The notes under the pieces: generated by a model
The model's input: the letters and a program-made list of their open reading frames with translations, nothing else
Database searches by the model: none
Told to the model about the DNA's origin: nothing
DNA from: Clostridia bacterium
Lineage (GTDB): Bacteria > Bacillota > Clostridia > DUPQ01
Direction of reading: 5' to 3'
NCBI GenBank assembly: GCA_016935835.1
Contig: JAFGQE010000150.1
Coordinates: 1-53,298, forward strand
Length of the DNA: 53,298 nt
Part shown: piece after piece, positions 1 to 10,307 of the stretch
Numbering within the stretch: the first letter of the stretch is position 1
Layout of the letters: each line of letters begins with the position of its first letter
Program-made: the position numbers and the translations under genes

Positions 1-1794
1 AAAAACAAAAAACTGCTTAAGTGGGTTTCCGAGGTCGAGGCGATGTGCAAACCCGACAGGGTAGTATGGTGCGACGGTTCGAAGGAAGAATATGCCAGGA
101 TGATGGACGAAATGGTCGCCGCGGGGAAGACGGTGAAGCTCAATGAGAAAAAGCGTCCCAACAGCTATGCCTTCAATTCACATCCTTCAGATGTGGCCCG
201 AGTTGAAAGCCGTACATATATCGCTTCCGTCAAGGAGGAGGACGCCGGTCCCACAAACAACTGGATTGATCCCGTCGAATTGAAGAAAACCATGTCCGGG
301 CTTTATGACGGATGCATGAAGGGGCGTACATTATATGTCATACCTTTCTCAATGGGACCGATTGGTTCGGATATCTCAAAGATAGGCATAGAAATCACGG
401 ATTCGCTTTATGTTGTAACAAACATGGTGATTATGACGCGCGTAGGCAACAAGGTGCTCGAAGTTCTTGGCGATGACGGGGAGTTCATACCGTGCCTTCA
501 CTCAATAGGCGCTCCTTTGAAGGAAGGCGAGGAAGACGTGGCATGGCCGTGCGCTCCGATGGAACAAAAATATATAGCCCACTTCCCGGATGAAAACCTC
601 ATATGGTCCTACGGCTCGGGATATGGCGGCAACGCCCTGCTTGGCAAAAAATGCCTGGCACTTAGAATCGCTTCCAATATAGCAAGGCATGAAGGCTGGA
701 TGGCTGAGCATATGCTTATACTCCGGATGACCAATCCCGAAGGCAGGAAATTCCATATAGCCGCCGCCTTCCCGTCGGCATGCGGCAAAACCAACCTGGC
801 GATGCTTCAATCAACGGTTCCAGGATGGAAGGTTGAAACGATCGGCGATGACATAGCCTGGATGAAACCGGAAGCCGACGGACGTCTTTATGCCATTAAT
901 CCTGAGGCAGGTTTCTTCGGGGTGGCTCCGGGGACTTCCGAGGAATCGAATCCGATGGCTCTTGCTTCGCTCAGTGCAAACAGCATATTCACCAATGTTG
1001 TCGTAACGCATGACAAGGATGTATGGTGGGAAGGCATGGGAGTCGAATGCGAAGGCGGAACGGACTGGAAGGGAAACCCTTTCAAACCCGGAATGAAGGA
1101 TGCTGACGGCAAGCCGATTTTGGGCGCTCATCCAAACAGCCGCTTCACGGCGCCCGCATCGCAATGCCCCGTAATATGCCCTGACTGGGAGGACCCGGCT
1201 GGTGTCCCGATTGACATATTCATATTCGGCGGCCGCCGCACGAACACAATACCTCTGGTTCATGAGGCATTTGACTGGGATCATGGCGTTTATCTTGGTG
1301 CGACAGCGGCTTCAGAAGCTACGGCGGCGGCCCTGGACGTCGGCTCATCAATTAGATTCGATCCGTTTGCGATGACTCCGTTCATCGGTTACCATGCCGG
1401 GGACTATATCGCACACTGGTTTGAAATGGGCGATTTGCTGGGTGACAAGGCACCGAGATGCTTCTACGTCAACTGGTTCCGAAAGGATGAAAACGGAAAG
1501 TGGCTGTGGCCCGGGTTCGGCGACAACTCAAGGGTTTTGAAATGGATGTGTGAGCGCGTCGAGGGCAAGGTGGGAGCGCGTGAAACGGCTATCGGCCTTA
1601 TGCCAAAAGAGGGCGATTTAACGCTTGATGGCCTGGATATTCCCGAAAAAGACTGGCAGGAACTGATGAAGGTTGACAAGGAGCTGTTTAGGAAGACAGT
1701 AAATGATGCGGAAGCCTATCTTGCCAAACTGGGCGACAAGCTTCCCGCAAGGCTTACAAAACAACTTGAAGCGCTGAAATCACGTCTGAAATAA
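1..1794 (+). CDS. pckG: Phosphoenolpyruvate carboxykinase (GTP), 5'-truncated by window edge
   Basis: Frame is open from base 1 ([19 protein letters not shown]...). Motifs [45 protein letters not shown] and HPNSRF are diagnostic of GTP-dependent PEPCK. Confidence 0.96.
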   Translation, partial: KNKKLLKWVSEVEAMCKPDRVVWCDGSKEEYARMMDEMVAAGKTVKLNEKKRPNSYAFNSHPSDVARVESRTYIASVKEEDAGPTNNWIDPVELKKTMSGLYDGCMKGRTLYVIPFSMGPIGSDISKIGIEITDSLYVVTNMVIMTRVGNKVLEVLGDDGEFIPCLHSIGAPLKEGEEDVAWPCAPMEQKYIAHFPDENLIWSYGSGYGGNALLGKKCLALRIASNIARHEGWMAEHMLILRMTNPEGRKFHIAAAFPSACGKTNLAMLQSTVPGWKVETIGDDIAWMKPEADGRLYAINPEAGFFGVAPGTSEESNPMALASLSANSIFTNVVVTHDKDVWWEGMGVECEGGTDWKGNPFKPGMKDADGKPILGAHPNSRFTAPASQCPVICPDWEDPAGVPIDIFIFGGRRTNTIPLVHEAFDWDHGVYLGATAASEATAAALDVGSSIRFDPFAMTPFIGYHAGDYIAHWFEMGDLLGDKAPRCFYVNWFRKDENGKWLWPGFGDNSRVLKWMCERVEGKVGARETAIGLMPKEGDLTLDGLDIPEKDWQELMKVDKELFRKTVNDAEAYLAKLGDKLPARLTKQLEALKSRLK

Positions 1795-1882
1795 TAAGGA
1801 CGTCACTGGACAAGGGAAGGCCAGGCGTGCATTCTTTCAATGCTGCCGTTGGCCGAAACAGCCCAGGATAATGTAATTTATG

Positions 1883-1911
1883 AAGCAACCCGCCCAAGGC
1901 GGGTTGCTTTT
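1883..1911 (+). terminator. Rho-independent terminator after pckG
   Basis: AAGCAACCCGCC-CAA-GGCGGGTTGCTT perfect 12-bp stem ending in a T run. Confidence 0.8.
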
Positions 1912-2098
1912 GCATGTGTTTTCCAATCTTGAAATTTTATCAACCCCGTCAGCATTTATACCAATCCTACGAAAGCCGGCATCAACAATAAATTTAAGGC
2001 ATCCCGAAACTGACGGTCATTCAGGGAACATTCAAAGCCGATAATGCGTTTAATTATAGTAAGTAATACGAATGACAATAATAACAAGGAGAATCGGA

Positions 2099-3049
2099 AT
2101 GAAAAGTAAAAGCAAAGCAGTTATAGCTATAATATGTGCGACAGTGGCAATTGGAATGCTAGCCGGATGCAAAAATGACAAAATGGCGGGGCAGGACGCG
2201 CCAACTCCTACGCCCGGGGCATCAGCGGGTCCGTCCACTGAGCCGCCGCAGGGAATAACTGTCAACAAGATAGAATTCAAGGAAGTTGAACCCGGCGATT
2301 TGACCGAAGGACAAATAAGGCAGATAAATGATTTTGCCCTTGTCGGAGGCTATTATCATTGGGTGGATTCAAATGGCGTTTACAGGGTTTTCATCAGTGC
2401 GGGTGAAAAACCGACCGGCGGCCATGGAATCAAAGTGATATCGGTGGAAGACAACGAAGGAATGACCAACATTATCGTCGAGGAAACCTCCCCTGGAGAG
2501 GATGATATCGTTACGCAGGCAATTACATATCCATATGTCGTCGTTGAGATGAAGGGCATTACGGACAGATTCTCAATCACAGGCCTGGACGGCAGGGAGT
2601 TTGAACTGATTGATGAAAATGATATTGAGCTGCATATCGTGGAGTGCATATACGAGGGACAGATTGACAATAACAGCATCGAGGTCGTCGCGGACGGTTC
2701 ATACCTGGTTTTTAGAAACCCCGGAATGACCAATCTTGTATCAACGCTGAAGACCGGCGACCTGATCAGGGTTGTCTATACGATATCCGATGAAGACCAG
2801 CTGATGCTTGCCAGTATATTGCCGGCAACCGGCGGAATCTTGGAAATTCTTTCGGTGGAGGGAGAATTCCAGGGGCTTATAGACAACAACAGCATAGAAG
2901 TCAAAACCGGCGAAACATTCATGGTATTCAAATATACCGGGGCTGCCGGGCTTGTGGAAGGACTGAAGAAGGATGATACCGTCAAAATAAGCTATACGAT
3001 ATCGCCCGAAGACCAGCTCATGCTGATAACAATCGAACGCGTGGAATAA
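2099..3049 (+). CDS. Lipoprotein with PrcB C-terminal-like domain and two tandem ~60-aa repeats
   Basis: RBS AGGAGA; lipobox LAGC; ISAGEKPTGGHGIKV...VTQAITYPYVVV is the PrcB_C pattern; two GxIDNNSIEV...YTISxEDQLML repeats. Confidence 0.75.
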   Translation: MKSKSKAVIAIICATVAIGMLAGCKNDKMAGQDAPTPTPGASAGPSTEPPQGITVNKIEFKEVEPGDLTEGQIRQINDFALVGGYYHWVDSNGVYRVFISAGEKPTGGHGIKVISVEDNEGMTNIIVEETSPGEDDIVTQAITYPYVVVEMKGITDRFSITGLDGREFELIDENDIELHIVECIYEGQIDNNSIEVVADGSYLVFRNPGMTNLVSTLKTGDLIRVVYTISDEDQLMLASILPATGGILEILSVEGEFQGLIDNNSIEVKTGETFMVFKYTGAAGLVEGLKKDDTVKISYTISPEDQLMLITIERVE

Positions 3050-3070
3050 TCCCCGTTTTATAAACAAACA

Positions 3071-3112
3071 ATAAACCTTCTGGGCGACCATTTGTTCCGA
3101 AGGTTTTTATTT
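3071..3112 (+). terminator. Probable terminator after the PrcB-like lipoprotein gene
   Basis: AAACCTTC...GAAGGTTT stem followed by a T-rich tract. Confidence 0.55.
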
Positions 3113-3174
3113 GCGCTGATAACGACATAAAAAATGTTTGCGGCTTTGCCTGCGTAAAAAACCGGATTAAGGAA

Positions 3175-3239
3175 TTAACATAATGTTAACCAACGCTTAA
3201 CACCGCCATAACCCCTGCCGGTCTGCTTCACTGTATAGT
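3175..3239 (+). promoter_or_regulatory. Pho box (four TTAACA-like repeats, 11-bp period) and -10 element of the pst operon
   Basis: TTAACA 3175, TTAACC 3186, TTAACA 3197, ATAACC 3208, then TATAGT at 3234; matches the Bacillota PhoP TT(A/T/C)ACA repeat pattern directly upstream of pstS. Confidence 0.8.
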
Positions 3240-3285
3240 TTTATCGATAGAAAAAATAACAATTATGCAGGAGGTTATCAAACCC

Positions 3286-4278
3286 ATGAAGAAATTACTA
3301 GTACTTGGATTAAGCTTATGCCTTGTATTTACGGCAGTTGCCTGCGGCAATGGATCCAATGGTGAGGCGGAAGCGACCCCAAAAGCATCAGAAGCTCCAA
3401 AACTTGAAGGAAATGTAATAATCGACGGTTCCGGAACGGTATACCCGCTGATGGCTGCAATCGCAGAGGAATATATGACCGGAGTGCAAAAGGATGTCAG
3501 CGTGCAGGTCAGCCGTGCGGGATCATCCGCGGGGTTCAAGAAGTTCATCGCAGGTGAAACCGATTTTTCGGATGCTTCGAGAAAAATCAAGGATTCGGAA
3601 ATTACAGAACTGAAGGACAAGGGATATGAATTCGGCACCGATGTGCTTGAGTTCAAGATGGCTCTCGACGGTCTTACGATTGTAATCAATAAAAACAATA
3701 CCTGGGCACAGGAAATGACCAGGGAGGAAATCATCAACATGTATATCTCGGGCACATATAATTCCGAGGATAAGGTAATGTGGTCCGACATAAGGCCTGA
3801 ATGGCCCAACGAAGAAGTCAAGTTCTTCGGCCCCAATGAAAACCACGGTACATATGAGTTCTTCTGGGAAGTAATTCTTGGCAAGCAGGACTTGGTGAAA
3901 ACGGCGACCCTTGAGCAGGAATATTCCACGCTCGTCGATCTTGTTTCCAAAGAAAAGAACGCAATCGCTTTCTTTGGCTTTGGATACTATGTAAGCAATA
4001 CTGACAAGCTTACGGCGGTCAAGGTTGATTTCGGCAGCGGCCCGGTGGAGCCTACGCTTGCCACAATCGGTGAAACCCTGCCATACGCAGGATTCACACG
4101 GCCGGTCTTCACTTACCTGAATGTAAAGTATGCATTGGACAAGCCGCAGGTGCTGGACTATGCCAAATATGTAGTATCACCCGAAGGAGCCCTGAAGCTC
4201 GCCGGTGAAAAGGGATTCGCGCCGCTGCCGGCCTCGGAATATGCCGCATACGCAGCACAGCTTGAAAACCTTGATTGA
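3286..4278 (+). CDS. pstS: Phosphate ABC transporter substrate-binding lipoprotein
   Basis: RBS AGGAGG; lipobox AVAC; IDGSGTVYP, GSSAGFKKF and DASRKIK motifs; first gene of the pst operon. Confidence 0.93.
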   Translation: MKKLLVLGLSLCLVFTAVACGNGSNGEAEATPKASEAPKLEGNVIIDGSGTVYPLMAAIAEEYMTGVQKDVSVQVSRAGSSAGFKKFIAGETDFSDASRKIKDSEITELKDKGYEFGTDVLEFKMALDGLTIVINKNNTWAQEMTREEIINMYISGTYNSEDKVMWSDIRPEWPNEEVKFFGPNENHGTYEFFWEVILGKQDLVKTATLEQEYSTLVDLVSKEKNAIAFFGFGYYVSNTDKLTAVKVDFGSGPVEPTLATIGETLPYAGFTRPVFTYLNVKYALDKPQVLDYAKYVVSPEGALKLAGEKGFAPLPASEYAAYAAQLENLD

Positions 4279-4306
4279 TTTATTGAAGTAAGAAACTCCC
4301 CCTGGC

Positions 4307-4340
4307 TTAAGATGAGGAGCACCGAGGCTTCTCATCTTAA
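4307..4340 (+). other. Intercistronic stem-loop between pstS and pstC
   Basis: TTAAGATGAGGAGC-ACCGAG-GCTTCTCATCTTAA inverted repeat with no U-tract. Confidence 0.6.
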
Positions 4341-4408
4341 AGCTGTATAAGGGGAAGGAAAGCATGGATTATCAGAAACGCTGCCGATAATGGGAAGGAG
4401 GCATGCAT

Positions 4409-5335
4409 ATGGATGGCAGGATCAATATAAGGGAACTCATAATGAAAAGCGCCGGCGGCGCCCTGCATAGAAGGGCTGACAGAATTGTGTCGGTTTTTCT
4501 GCTGCTCGCTGCATCAATATCGATAATAACATCCATCGGGATAGTATTGACGCTTGTAACGGATGCGGCGCATTTCTTTAGCGAGGTATCCCTGCGGGAT
4601 TTCTTTGGGAAAAACCTGGCGCCCCTTGGGTCGAACCCTTCGTTCGGCGTCCTTCCTTTGATTGTCGGCACACTTGCGTCATCCTTGCTGGCAATGATTG
4701 TGGCCGTGCCGGTCGGGCTCACCGCTGCTATATATATGAGCGAATTCGCACCCGCAGGCCTTCGAAACACGCTTAAACCAATGATGGAAGTGCTGGCGGG
4801 GATACCCACAATCGTATATGGGTTTTTCGCATATTCTTTTGTAACGCCGATGCTGATGAAGATGCTGCCCGGGCTTGAGGCCAAGAATGTATTGAGCGCA
4901 GGACTTGTAATGGGAGTGATGATAATACCGATGGTGGCATCATTGTCAGAGGATGCAATGAATGCGGTGCCGACCGCCCTGAGGGAAGGCGCGCTCGCCC
5001 TTGGCTCCACTAAACTGGAGGTTACGCTGAAGGTGGTTGTGCCCGCTGCAATATCGGGTATAATAGCATCCTTTATACTCGGGATTTCCCGTGCCGTCGG
5101 AGAGACGATGATTGTGGTCATTGCCAGCGGGAGCTCGAAGAAACTGACTTTTGACATAATGCAATCAATGCAGACGATGACATCATATATAGTGGAGTTC
5201 ACAGGGGGCGACGCAGGAAGCGGCACAACCGGATACTACAGCCTCTATGCGGTCGGGCTCCTCCTGTTCATCTTTACCCTCATTATGAATCTTATCGCAC
5301 AGTACATATCGAAAAAATACAGGGAGGCATATTGA
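4409..5335 (+). CDS. pstC: Phosphate ABC transporter permease PstC
   Basis: LAGIPTIVYGFF, REGALALG (EAA loop), SRAVGETM motifs; start chosen from the GGAGG RBS. Confidence 0.93.
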   Translation: MDGRINIRELIMKSAGGALHRRADRIVSVFLLLAASISIITSIGIVLTLVTDAAHFFSEVSLRDFFGKNLAPLGSNPSFGVLPLIVGTLASSLLAMIVAVPVGLTAAIYMSEFAPAGLRNTLKPMMEVLAGIPTIVYGFFAYSFVTPMLMKMLPGLEAKNVLSAGLVMGVMIIPMVASLSEDAMNAVPTALREGALALGSTKLEVTLKVVVPAAISGIIASFILGISRAVGETMIVVIASGSSKKLTFDIMQSMQTMTSYIVEFTGGDAGSGTTGYYSLYAVGLLLFIFTLIMNLIAQYISKKYREAY

Positions 5336-5338
5336 ATC

Positions 5339-6256
5339 ATGGCAAACGGATCCGGCTCTGGCAAATATGAGAAACTTGCAATCGAAGCCCCGTCTTTCCA
5401 AAAGAGAACCAAAAGAAGGATTCTGCTGGACAAGGTTGCGGGCAAGTTGTTCTCGCTGTCAATTTTCTTTGCGCTGGCAGTATTGTGCATCCTGTTGTAT
5501 CAGATAGTTTCCAAGAGCATAGGGTGGCTTGATTTCAAATTTCTTACAGGCAACCTTTCGATGGATCCTTACAAAGCGGGGATAAGGGGAGTCATAATAG
5601 GATCCGTACTGCTCATGGTGGTAGTAATACCCGTGACGCTGCTCCTAGGGGTTTCAACGGCAATCTATCTCGAGGAGTATGCCGGTAAAAGCAGGCTCCG
5701 GTCAATCATAAACACCAACATCTCAAATCTGGCAAGCGTTCCGTCGGTAATATTCGGTTTGCTTGGACTTACGGTGTTCGGAAGGCTGTTCAATCTCGGG
5801 TCCAGCATACTGGCGGGCGGTCTGACGTTGTCTCTCCTTGTGCTGCCGATTGTGGTTGTGGCCAGCCAGGAGGCGATCAGGGCGGTGCCGGGTTTCCTCA
5901 GGGATGCGTCATATGCGATAGGTGCAACAAAATGGACAACGGTTAAAAAAGTCGTCCTGCCTGCGTCGCTGCCTGGAATACTTACAGGCTCGATACTGGC
6001 GATGTCAAGGGCGATAGGTGAAACCGCGCCACTGGTAGTCCTCGGGATACCAACCCTGATCCTCAGGATACCCAATGGCCTTTTGGATGATTTCACAGCC
6101 CTGCCCATACAAATTTATTACTGGACGCTGGATACGGTGCTGACCGCGGAATACGCCAACCTTGCCGCGGCCACCATAGTGGTTTTGCTGGTGCTGCTGT
6201 TCCTGATGAACTCGGCTGCGATAATCATAAGAAACAAGTTTCAGAAAAGATATTAA
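5339..6256 (+). CDS. pstA: Phosphate ABC transporter permease PstA
   Basis: NLASVPSVIFGLLG, SRAIGETAPL motifs; follows pstC. Confidence 0.93.
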   Translation: MANGSGSGKYEKLAIEAPSFQKRTKRRILLDKVAGKLFSLSIFFALAVLCILLYQIVSKSIGWLDFKFLTGNLSMDPYKAGIRGVIIGSVLLMVVVIPVTLLLGVSTAIYLEEYAGKSRLRSIINTNISNLASVPSVIFGLLGLTVFGRLFNLGSSILAGGLTLSLLVLPIVVVASQEAIRAVPGFLRDASYAIGATKWTTVKKVVLPASLPGILTGSILAMSRAIGETAPLVVLGIPTLILRIPNGLLDDFTALPIQIYYWTLDTVLTAEYANLAAATIVVLLVLLFLMNSAAIIIRNKFQKRY

Positions 6257-6267
6257 TTCGGAGGTAA

Positions 6268-7059
6268 GTGGAATTGACTTCAAAGGCTAATGACGAAAGA
6301 AAAAGCGATATTGTTTACGATGTTGACAACCTGAACCTTTGGTATGGCAACGACCAGGCGCTCAGGGATGTCACGCTCGATATAAAGCGGAACGAAGTAA
6401 CTGCGATCATAGGGCCTTCCGGCTGCGGAAAGTCGACTTTTATAAAGACACTCAACAGAATGGTTGAACTTATACCCATTGTCAGGACTTCGGGCGAAAT
6501 TTATTATCACGGGAACAACATATTTGAAAAGACCACCAGGGTGGAGGACCTAAGGACAAAGGTCGGCATGGTTTTTCAAAAACCCAATCCATTTCCCAAA
6601 TCAGTGTTTGAAAATGTGGTTTACGGTCCTAGGATACATGGAATTAAAAGCAGGAAGGTGCTTGAGGAAATAGCGGAAATAAGCCTGAAAAGGGCCGCCC
6701 TGTGGGACGAGGTGAAGGACCGCCTCCATGACAATGCATACGGCTTGTCCGGCGGCCAGCAGCAGCGGCTTTGCATAGCCCGGGTTCTGGCGGTTGAACC
6801 CGAGGTGGTCCTGATGGATGAGCCTACCTCAGCGCTCGACCCCATATCCACATTGAAGATAGAGGACCTCATACATGAGCTGAAACAAACCTACACGATA
6901 ATAATAGTAACCCACAACATGCAACAGGCGGGGCGCATATCCGAGAAGACGGCGTTTTTCCTCAATGGTGAAGTTATCGAATACGACAGGACCGAAATGA
7001 TATTCAGTACGCCAAAAGACAAAAGGACAGAGGATTATATAACGGGACGATTCGGATGA
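6268..7059 (+). CDS. pstB: Phosphate ABC transporter ATPase PstB
   Basis: [42 protein letters not shown]-terminal [10 protein letters not shown]. Confidence 0.96.
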   Translation: MELTSKANDERKSDIVYDVDNLNLWYGNDQALRDVTLDIKRNEVTAIIGPSGCGKSTFIKTLNRMVELIPIVRTSGEIYYHGNNIFEKTTRVEDLRTKVGMVFQKPNPFPKSVFENVVYGPRIHGIKSRKVLEEIAEISLKRAALWDEVKDRLHDNAYGLSGGQQQRLCIARVLAVEPEVVLMDEPTSALDPISTLKIEDLIHELKQTYTIIIVTHNMQQAGRISEKTAFFLNGEVIEYDRTEMIFSTPKDKRTEDYITGRFG

Positions 7060-7156
7060 ATTGACATACAATGCAAATTGTACCGGTGCGGGATTTCTAA
7101 TAAAATGCTTTCTGATAAGCTTGAAGCGATACTTATTATCCGGCATATCTTTCTTT

Positions 7157-7186
7157 TTGACATTATTACAGGTGGAATCATATAAT
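7157..7186 (+). promoter_or_regulatory. Consensus sigma-A promoter for the diguanylate cyclase gene
   Basis: TTGACA (7157-7162), 18-bp spacer, TATAAT (7181-7186). Confidence 0.7.
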
Positions 7187-7309
7187 GATAACTGTAGTAT
7201 TTGTGCAAAATGCCAAGCGGTAAATCCTAAGGTACGGAATATTTTACCGGCAGCCGCATATCCATTAATACCAATGGCTGCATTGAATTGGTCTGAAAGA
7301 GGTGTTTGA

Positions 7310-8659
7310 ATGAGATTAACAAAAAAGGTATTCACAGACCTGGCAATATATATGGTTGCACTTGGAGTTGCCATAGGCCTGTTGTTTCCATTTTTTTCTT
7401 TGTTGCTTGGTGTTCCTCGTGATGTAATCTTCAAACCATTGTTCTTTATTTCATGTATATTGGCAGGCATCCTGCTGGGAACCATCAATATTATCCTTGC
7501 TAGGAAAACAGTTGGCAGCCGGATAAGCAGTCTGTCCCACAAGATGAAATATGTCAGCAGGATACTTGTTGACAGGAATCAGGGAAATGAATCCGCCCTA
7601 TGCGATTATGAGGATTGTCTGATAAAAGTAGATTCAGAGGACGAACTTGGTGAAAGTGCGGATTCATTCAATAAACTTATAGTAACATTGTCGGAAGTAC
7701 TGGACACACAGACGGACATCCGGCAGTTTTCTCAGATGCTTTCTGCTCACCTTGACTTGGAGGAGCTGACCGAACAAGCATTGATACATCTGATAAAGAT
7801 CACGGGTGCAGGGGGAGGCGCTATTCTTATTGAGAAGAGCGGAGAACTGCAGGTTAAGGCAGTAATGGCTATAAAGGATATAAACCTTCTTGAAAACAAT
7901 TCCCGGGTATTGGGTGTTATGAAAACAATGGAGCGCCAGCTTATACAGTTTCCGCAGGACATATCGCTGGATTGCGTAATAGCGGGGTTTATGCCCAGGG
8001 AACTTTTACTTGAACCGATTATCTACAAGAACGTATTGCTTGGGGTCCTTATGCTCGCGGGCGGGGCTTCGTTCACACCGAAGGCATTGGAGGAATTGAG
8101 TTTGTGCAATCCAAATCTATCAATGGCATTGAACAATGCAATAACCCATAATCAGATGCAGCAGCTGGCTGCACTTGACCCGCTGACAGGACTGTATAAC
8201 AGAAGATTCGGCAACAAGCGAATCCAGGAGGAATTCAGCCGGTCCATAAGGGCAGGTACCCCGCTTACACTCCTGATGCTTGATATAGATCACTTTAAAA
8301 ATGTAAATGACACATACGGACATATGGTGGGGGACAGAATTCTGGTGACTATTTCAAAAACAGTGCTTGGAGCCATAAGAGAAGGGGATGTCCTTGTAAG
8401 ATATGGCGGCGAAGAGTTTCTTTGCGTATTGCCCGGAGCAAACCAGACTGATGCGGCGGCTGTTGCCGAGCGCATACGTATAATGATAAAGGATACGGTA
8501 GTGCGTCATGCGGAACAGGAAATAAGCGTAACCGTAAGCATCGGTGCCGCGACATATCCTCATAAGGATGTCTTGGATATTCATCAGCTTATCAAAATTA
8601 CGGATGAAGCAATGTATGCCGCCAAGGAAACCGGCCGCGACAGGGTGGTATCCGTATAG
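7310..8659 (+). CDS. Membrane-anchored diguanylate cyclase (2 TM, HAMP-like, GAF-like, GGDEF)
   Basis: DPLTGLYNRR, DIDHFKNVNDTYGH, RYGGEEF active site with REGD I-site; two N-terminal hydrophobic helices. Confidence 0.9.
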   Translation: MRLTKKVFTDLAIYMVALGVAIGLLFPFFSLLLGVPRDVIFKPLFFISCILAGILLGTINIILARKTVGSRISSLSHKMKYVSRILVDRNQGNESALCDYEDCLIKVDSEDELGESADSFNKLIVTLSEVLDTQTDIRQFSQMLSAHLDLEELTEQALIHLIKITGAGGGAILIEKSGELQVKAVMAIKDINLLENNSRVLGVMKTMERQLIQFPQDISLDCVIAGFMPRELLLEPIIYKNVLLGVLMLAGGASFTPKALEELSLCNPNLSMALNNAITHNQMQQLAALDPLTGLYNRRFGNKRIQEEFSRSIRAGTPLTLLMLDIDHFKNVNDTYGHMVGDRILVTISKTVLGAIREGDVLVRYGGEEFLCVLPGANQTDAAAVAERIRIMIKDTVVRHAEQEISVTVSIGAATYPHKDVLDIHQLIKITDEAMYAAKETGRDRVVSV

Positions 8660-8761
8660 ATTTATCCCGTCAGGGCAGTCCCTTGGAGTCAGTAATGCAC
8701 CAACTGCATAACATGTCAATATTATGCCATTGACTTAAGTAAAAGGAGAATCATCCGCAAA

Positions 8762-9715
8762 ATGAACAAAAGAAATCTGCCTGTCCTGGCTGGGATTGCG
8801 GTTGCCGTCATCTTTGGATTTTCCTTCACGGTTACAAAAAGCGCACTTGCTTCACTGGGGCTTTTCCACATGCTGGGACTGCGCTTTATGTTTGCGGCGC
8901 TGCTTTTGTGGTTGCTCCGCATCCTGGGCCTTATAAAGATAAGATACTCGGGCAAGAGGCTTCGGACACTGCTTTTTCTGGCGTTGTTCCAGCCTGTCCT
9001 GTATTTTATATTCGAAACAACGGGCATCGGGCTGACCACTGCTTCAGAAAGCGGAATGATGATAGCCTTGATTCCGGTTGTCGCAGCGATTCTGGGGGCT
9101 GTATTTCTAAAGGAAAGACCTGGCCTGGCGCAGTGGATTTTCATCATTATATCCGTAGGAGGAGTATTTTTCATAGCACTCATGAGAAAGACAGAGACGC
9201 AGGGAAGCATAGCCGGGGTAGTGCTGTTGCTGATTGCCGTTATTGCCTCCGGGGCATATAACATTTTATCAAGAAAACTGTCGGTCAGGTTCTCCCCGAT
9301 AGAAATTACCTTCATGATGATGAACACAGGATTCATTGTTTTCAATGGAATAGCCATTACGGGGCATATCGCAAGAGGAGGGCTTGGCGAATATTTTCTG
9401 CCGTTGAAAAACCCGGGAACCCTTTTCTCAATGGCATATCTTGGATTTCTCTCGTCGGTTGCGGCATTTTTCATGGTTAATTATATGCTGTCAAGACTTG
9501 AGGCGACGAAAGTCGCGGTCTTTGGAAACCTTGTAACCGTTGTATCGATAGCGGCGGGCATACTTGTCCTGGGCGAGACACTGCACTGGTTCCATGCCAT
9601 CGGCGCGGCACTGATTCTCATTGGTGTCTGGGGAACGAATTATTACGGGGCGGCCGCAAGAAGAAACGGAAGGGCCGTCATGGAGGAACACATGAGGAAA
9701 ACGGAACGATATTAA
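8762..9715 (+). CDS. DMT/EamA family transporter
   Basis: About 10 hydrophobic segments, two EamA-like halves (IFGFSF..K; LKERP; LGETL). Confidence 0.88.
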   Translation: MNKRNLPVLAGIAVAVIFGFSFTVTKSALASLGLFHMLGLRFMFAALLLWLLRILGLIKIRYSGKRLRTLLFLALFQPVLYFIFETTGIGLTTASESGMMIALIPVVAAILGAVFLKERPGLAQWIFIIISVGGVFFIALMRKTETQGSIAGVVLLLIAVIASGAYNILSRKLSVRFSPIEITFMMMNTGFIVFNGIAITGHIARGGLGEYFLPLKNPGTLFSMAYLGFLSSVAAFFMVNYMLSRLEATKVAVFGNLVTVVSIAAGILVLGETLHWFHAIGAALILIGVWGTNYYGAAARRNGRAVMEEHMRKTERY

Positions 9716-9783
9716 TCTGAATCCGTGCAATGAACAGCCGGCTCGTATATAATATTATGAATCAATGGAAAGGATATGTTGAA

Positions 9784-10269
9784 ATGGAAAATATAACGGC
9801 AACAATTGAAATGGAGAACGGCGGGATAATCAAGCTGGAGCTATATCCGGATACAGCCCCCGGTACAGTCGAAAATTTTGTGTCCCTTGCGAAAAAGAAT
9901 TTTTATGACGGGCTGATATTCCACAGGGTTATACCGGGGTTTATGGTGCAGGGGGGGTGCCCTCTTGGCAATGGCACAGGAGGCCCGGTCCATAACATAA
10001 AGGGCGAGTTCAAAAGCAATGGGGTCGAGAACAATCTCAGGCATGAGAGAGGCGTAATATCAATGGCACGTTCGGGCCACCCTGATTCGGCCGGCTCGCA
10101 GTTTTTCATAATGGTCGCAGGCTCTCCCCATCTTGACGGACAATACGCGGCATTCGGGAAAGTCATGGATGGAATGGATGTCGTCGATAATATCGCAGGC
10201 GCTCGAAGGGATGCCAGGGACAAACCGTATGAGGACCAGATAATAAGGAAGGTTACTGCCGGAGATTAA
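9784..10269 (+). CDS. Cyclophilin-type peptidyl-prolyl cis-trans isomerase
   Basis: FYDGLIFHRVIPGFMVQGGCP, SMARS, SAGSQFFI, HLDGQYAAFG. Confidence 0.95.
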   Translation: MENITATIEMENGGIIKLELYPDTAPGTVENFVSLAKKNFYDGLIFHRVIPGFMVQGGCPLGNGTGGPVHNIKGEFKSNGVENNLRHERGVISMARSGHPDSAGSQFFIMVAGSPHLDGQYAAFGKVMDGMDVVDNIAGARRDARDKPYEDQIIRKVTAGD

Positions 10270-10307
10270 TCGGGACAGCTAATTTTTACAGTCTGGAGGC
10301 GATTAGA

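Noticed and set aside
7061-7309. 82-aa ORF or c-di-GMP riboswitch before the diguanylate cyclase
   Set aside because: The ORF has no RBS and spans a consensus promoter; no GEMM-type consensus is visible.
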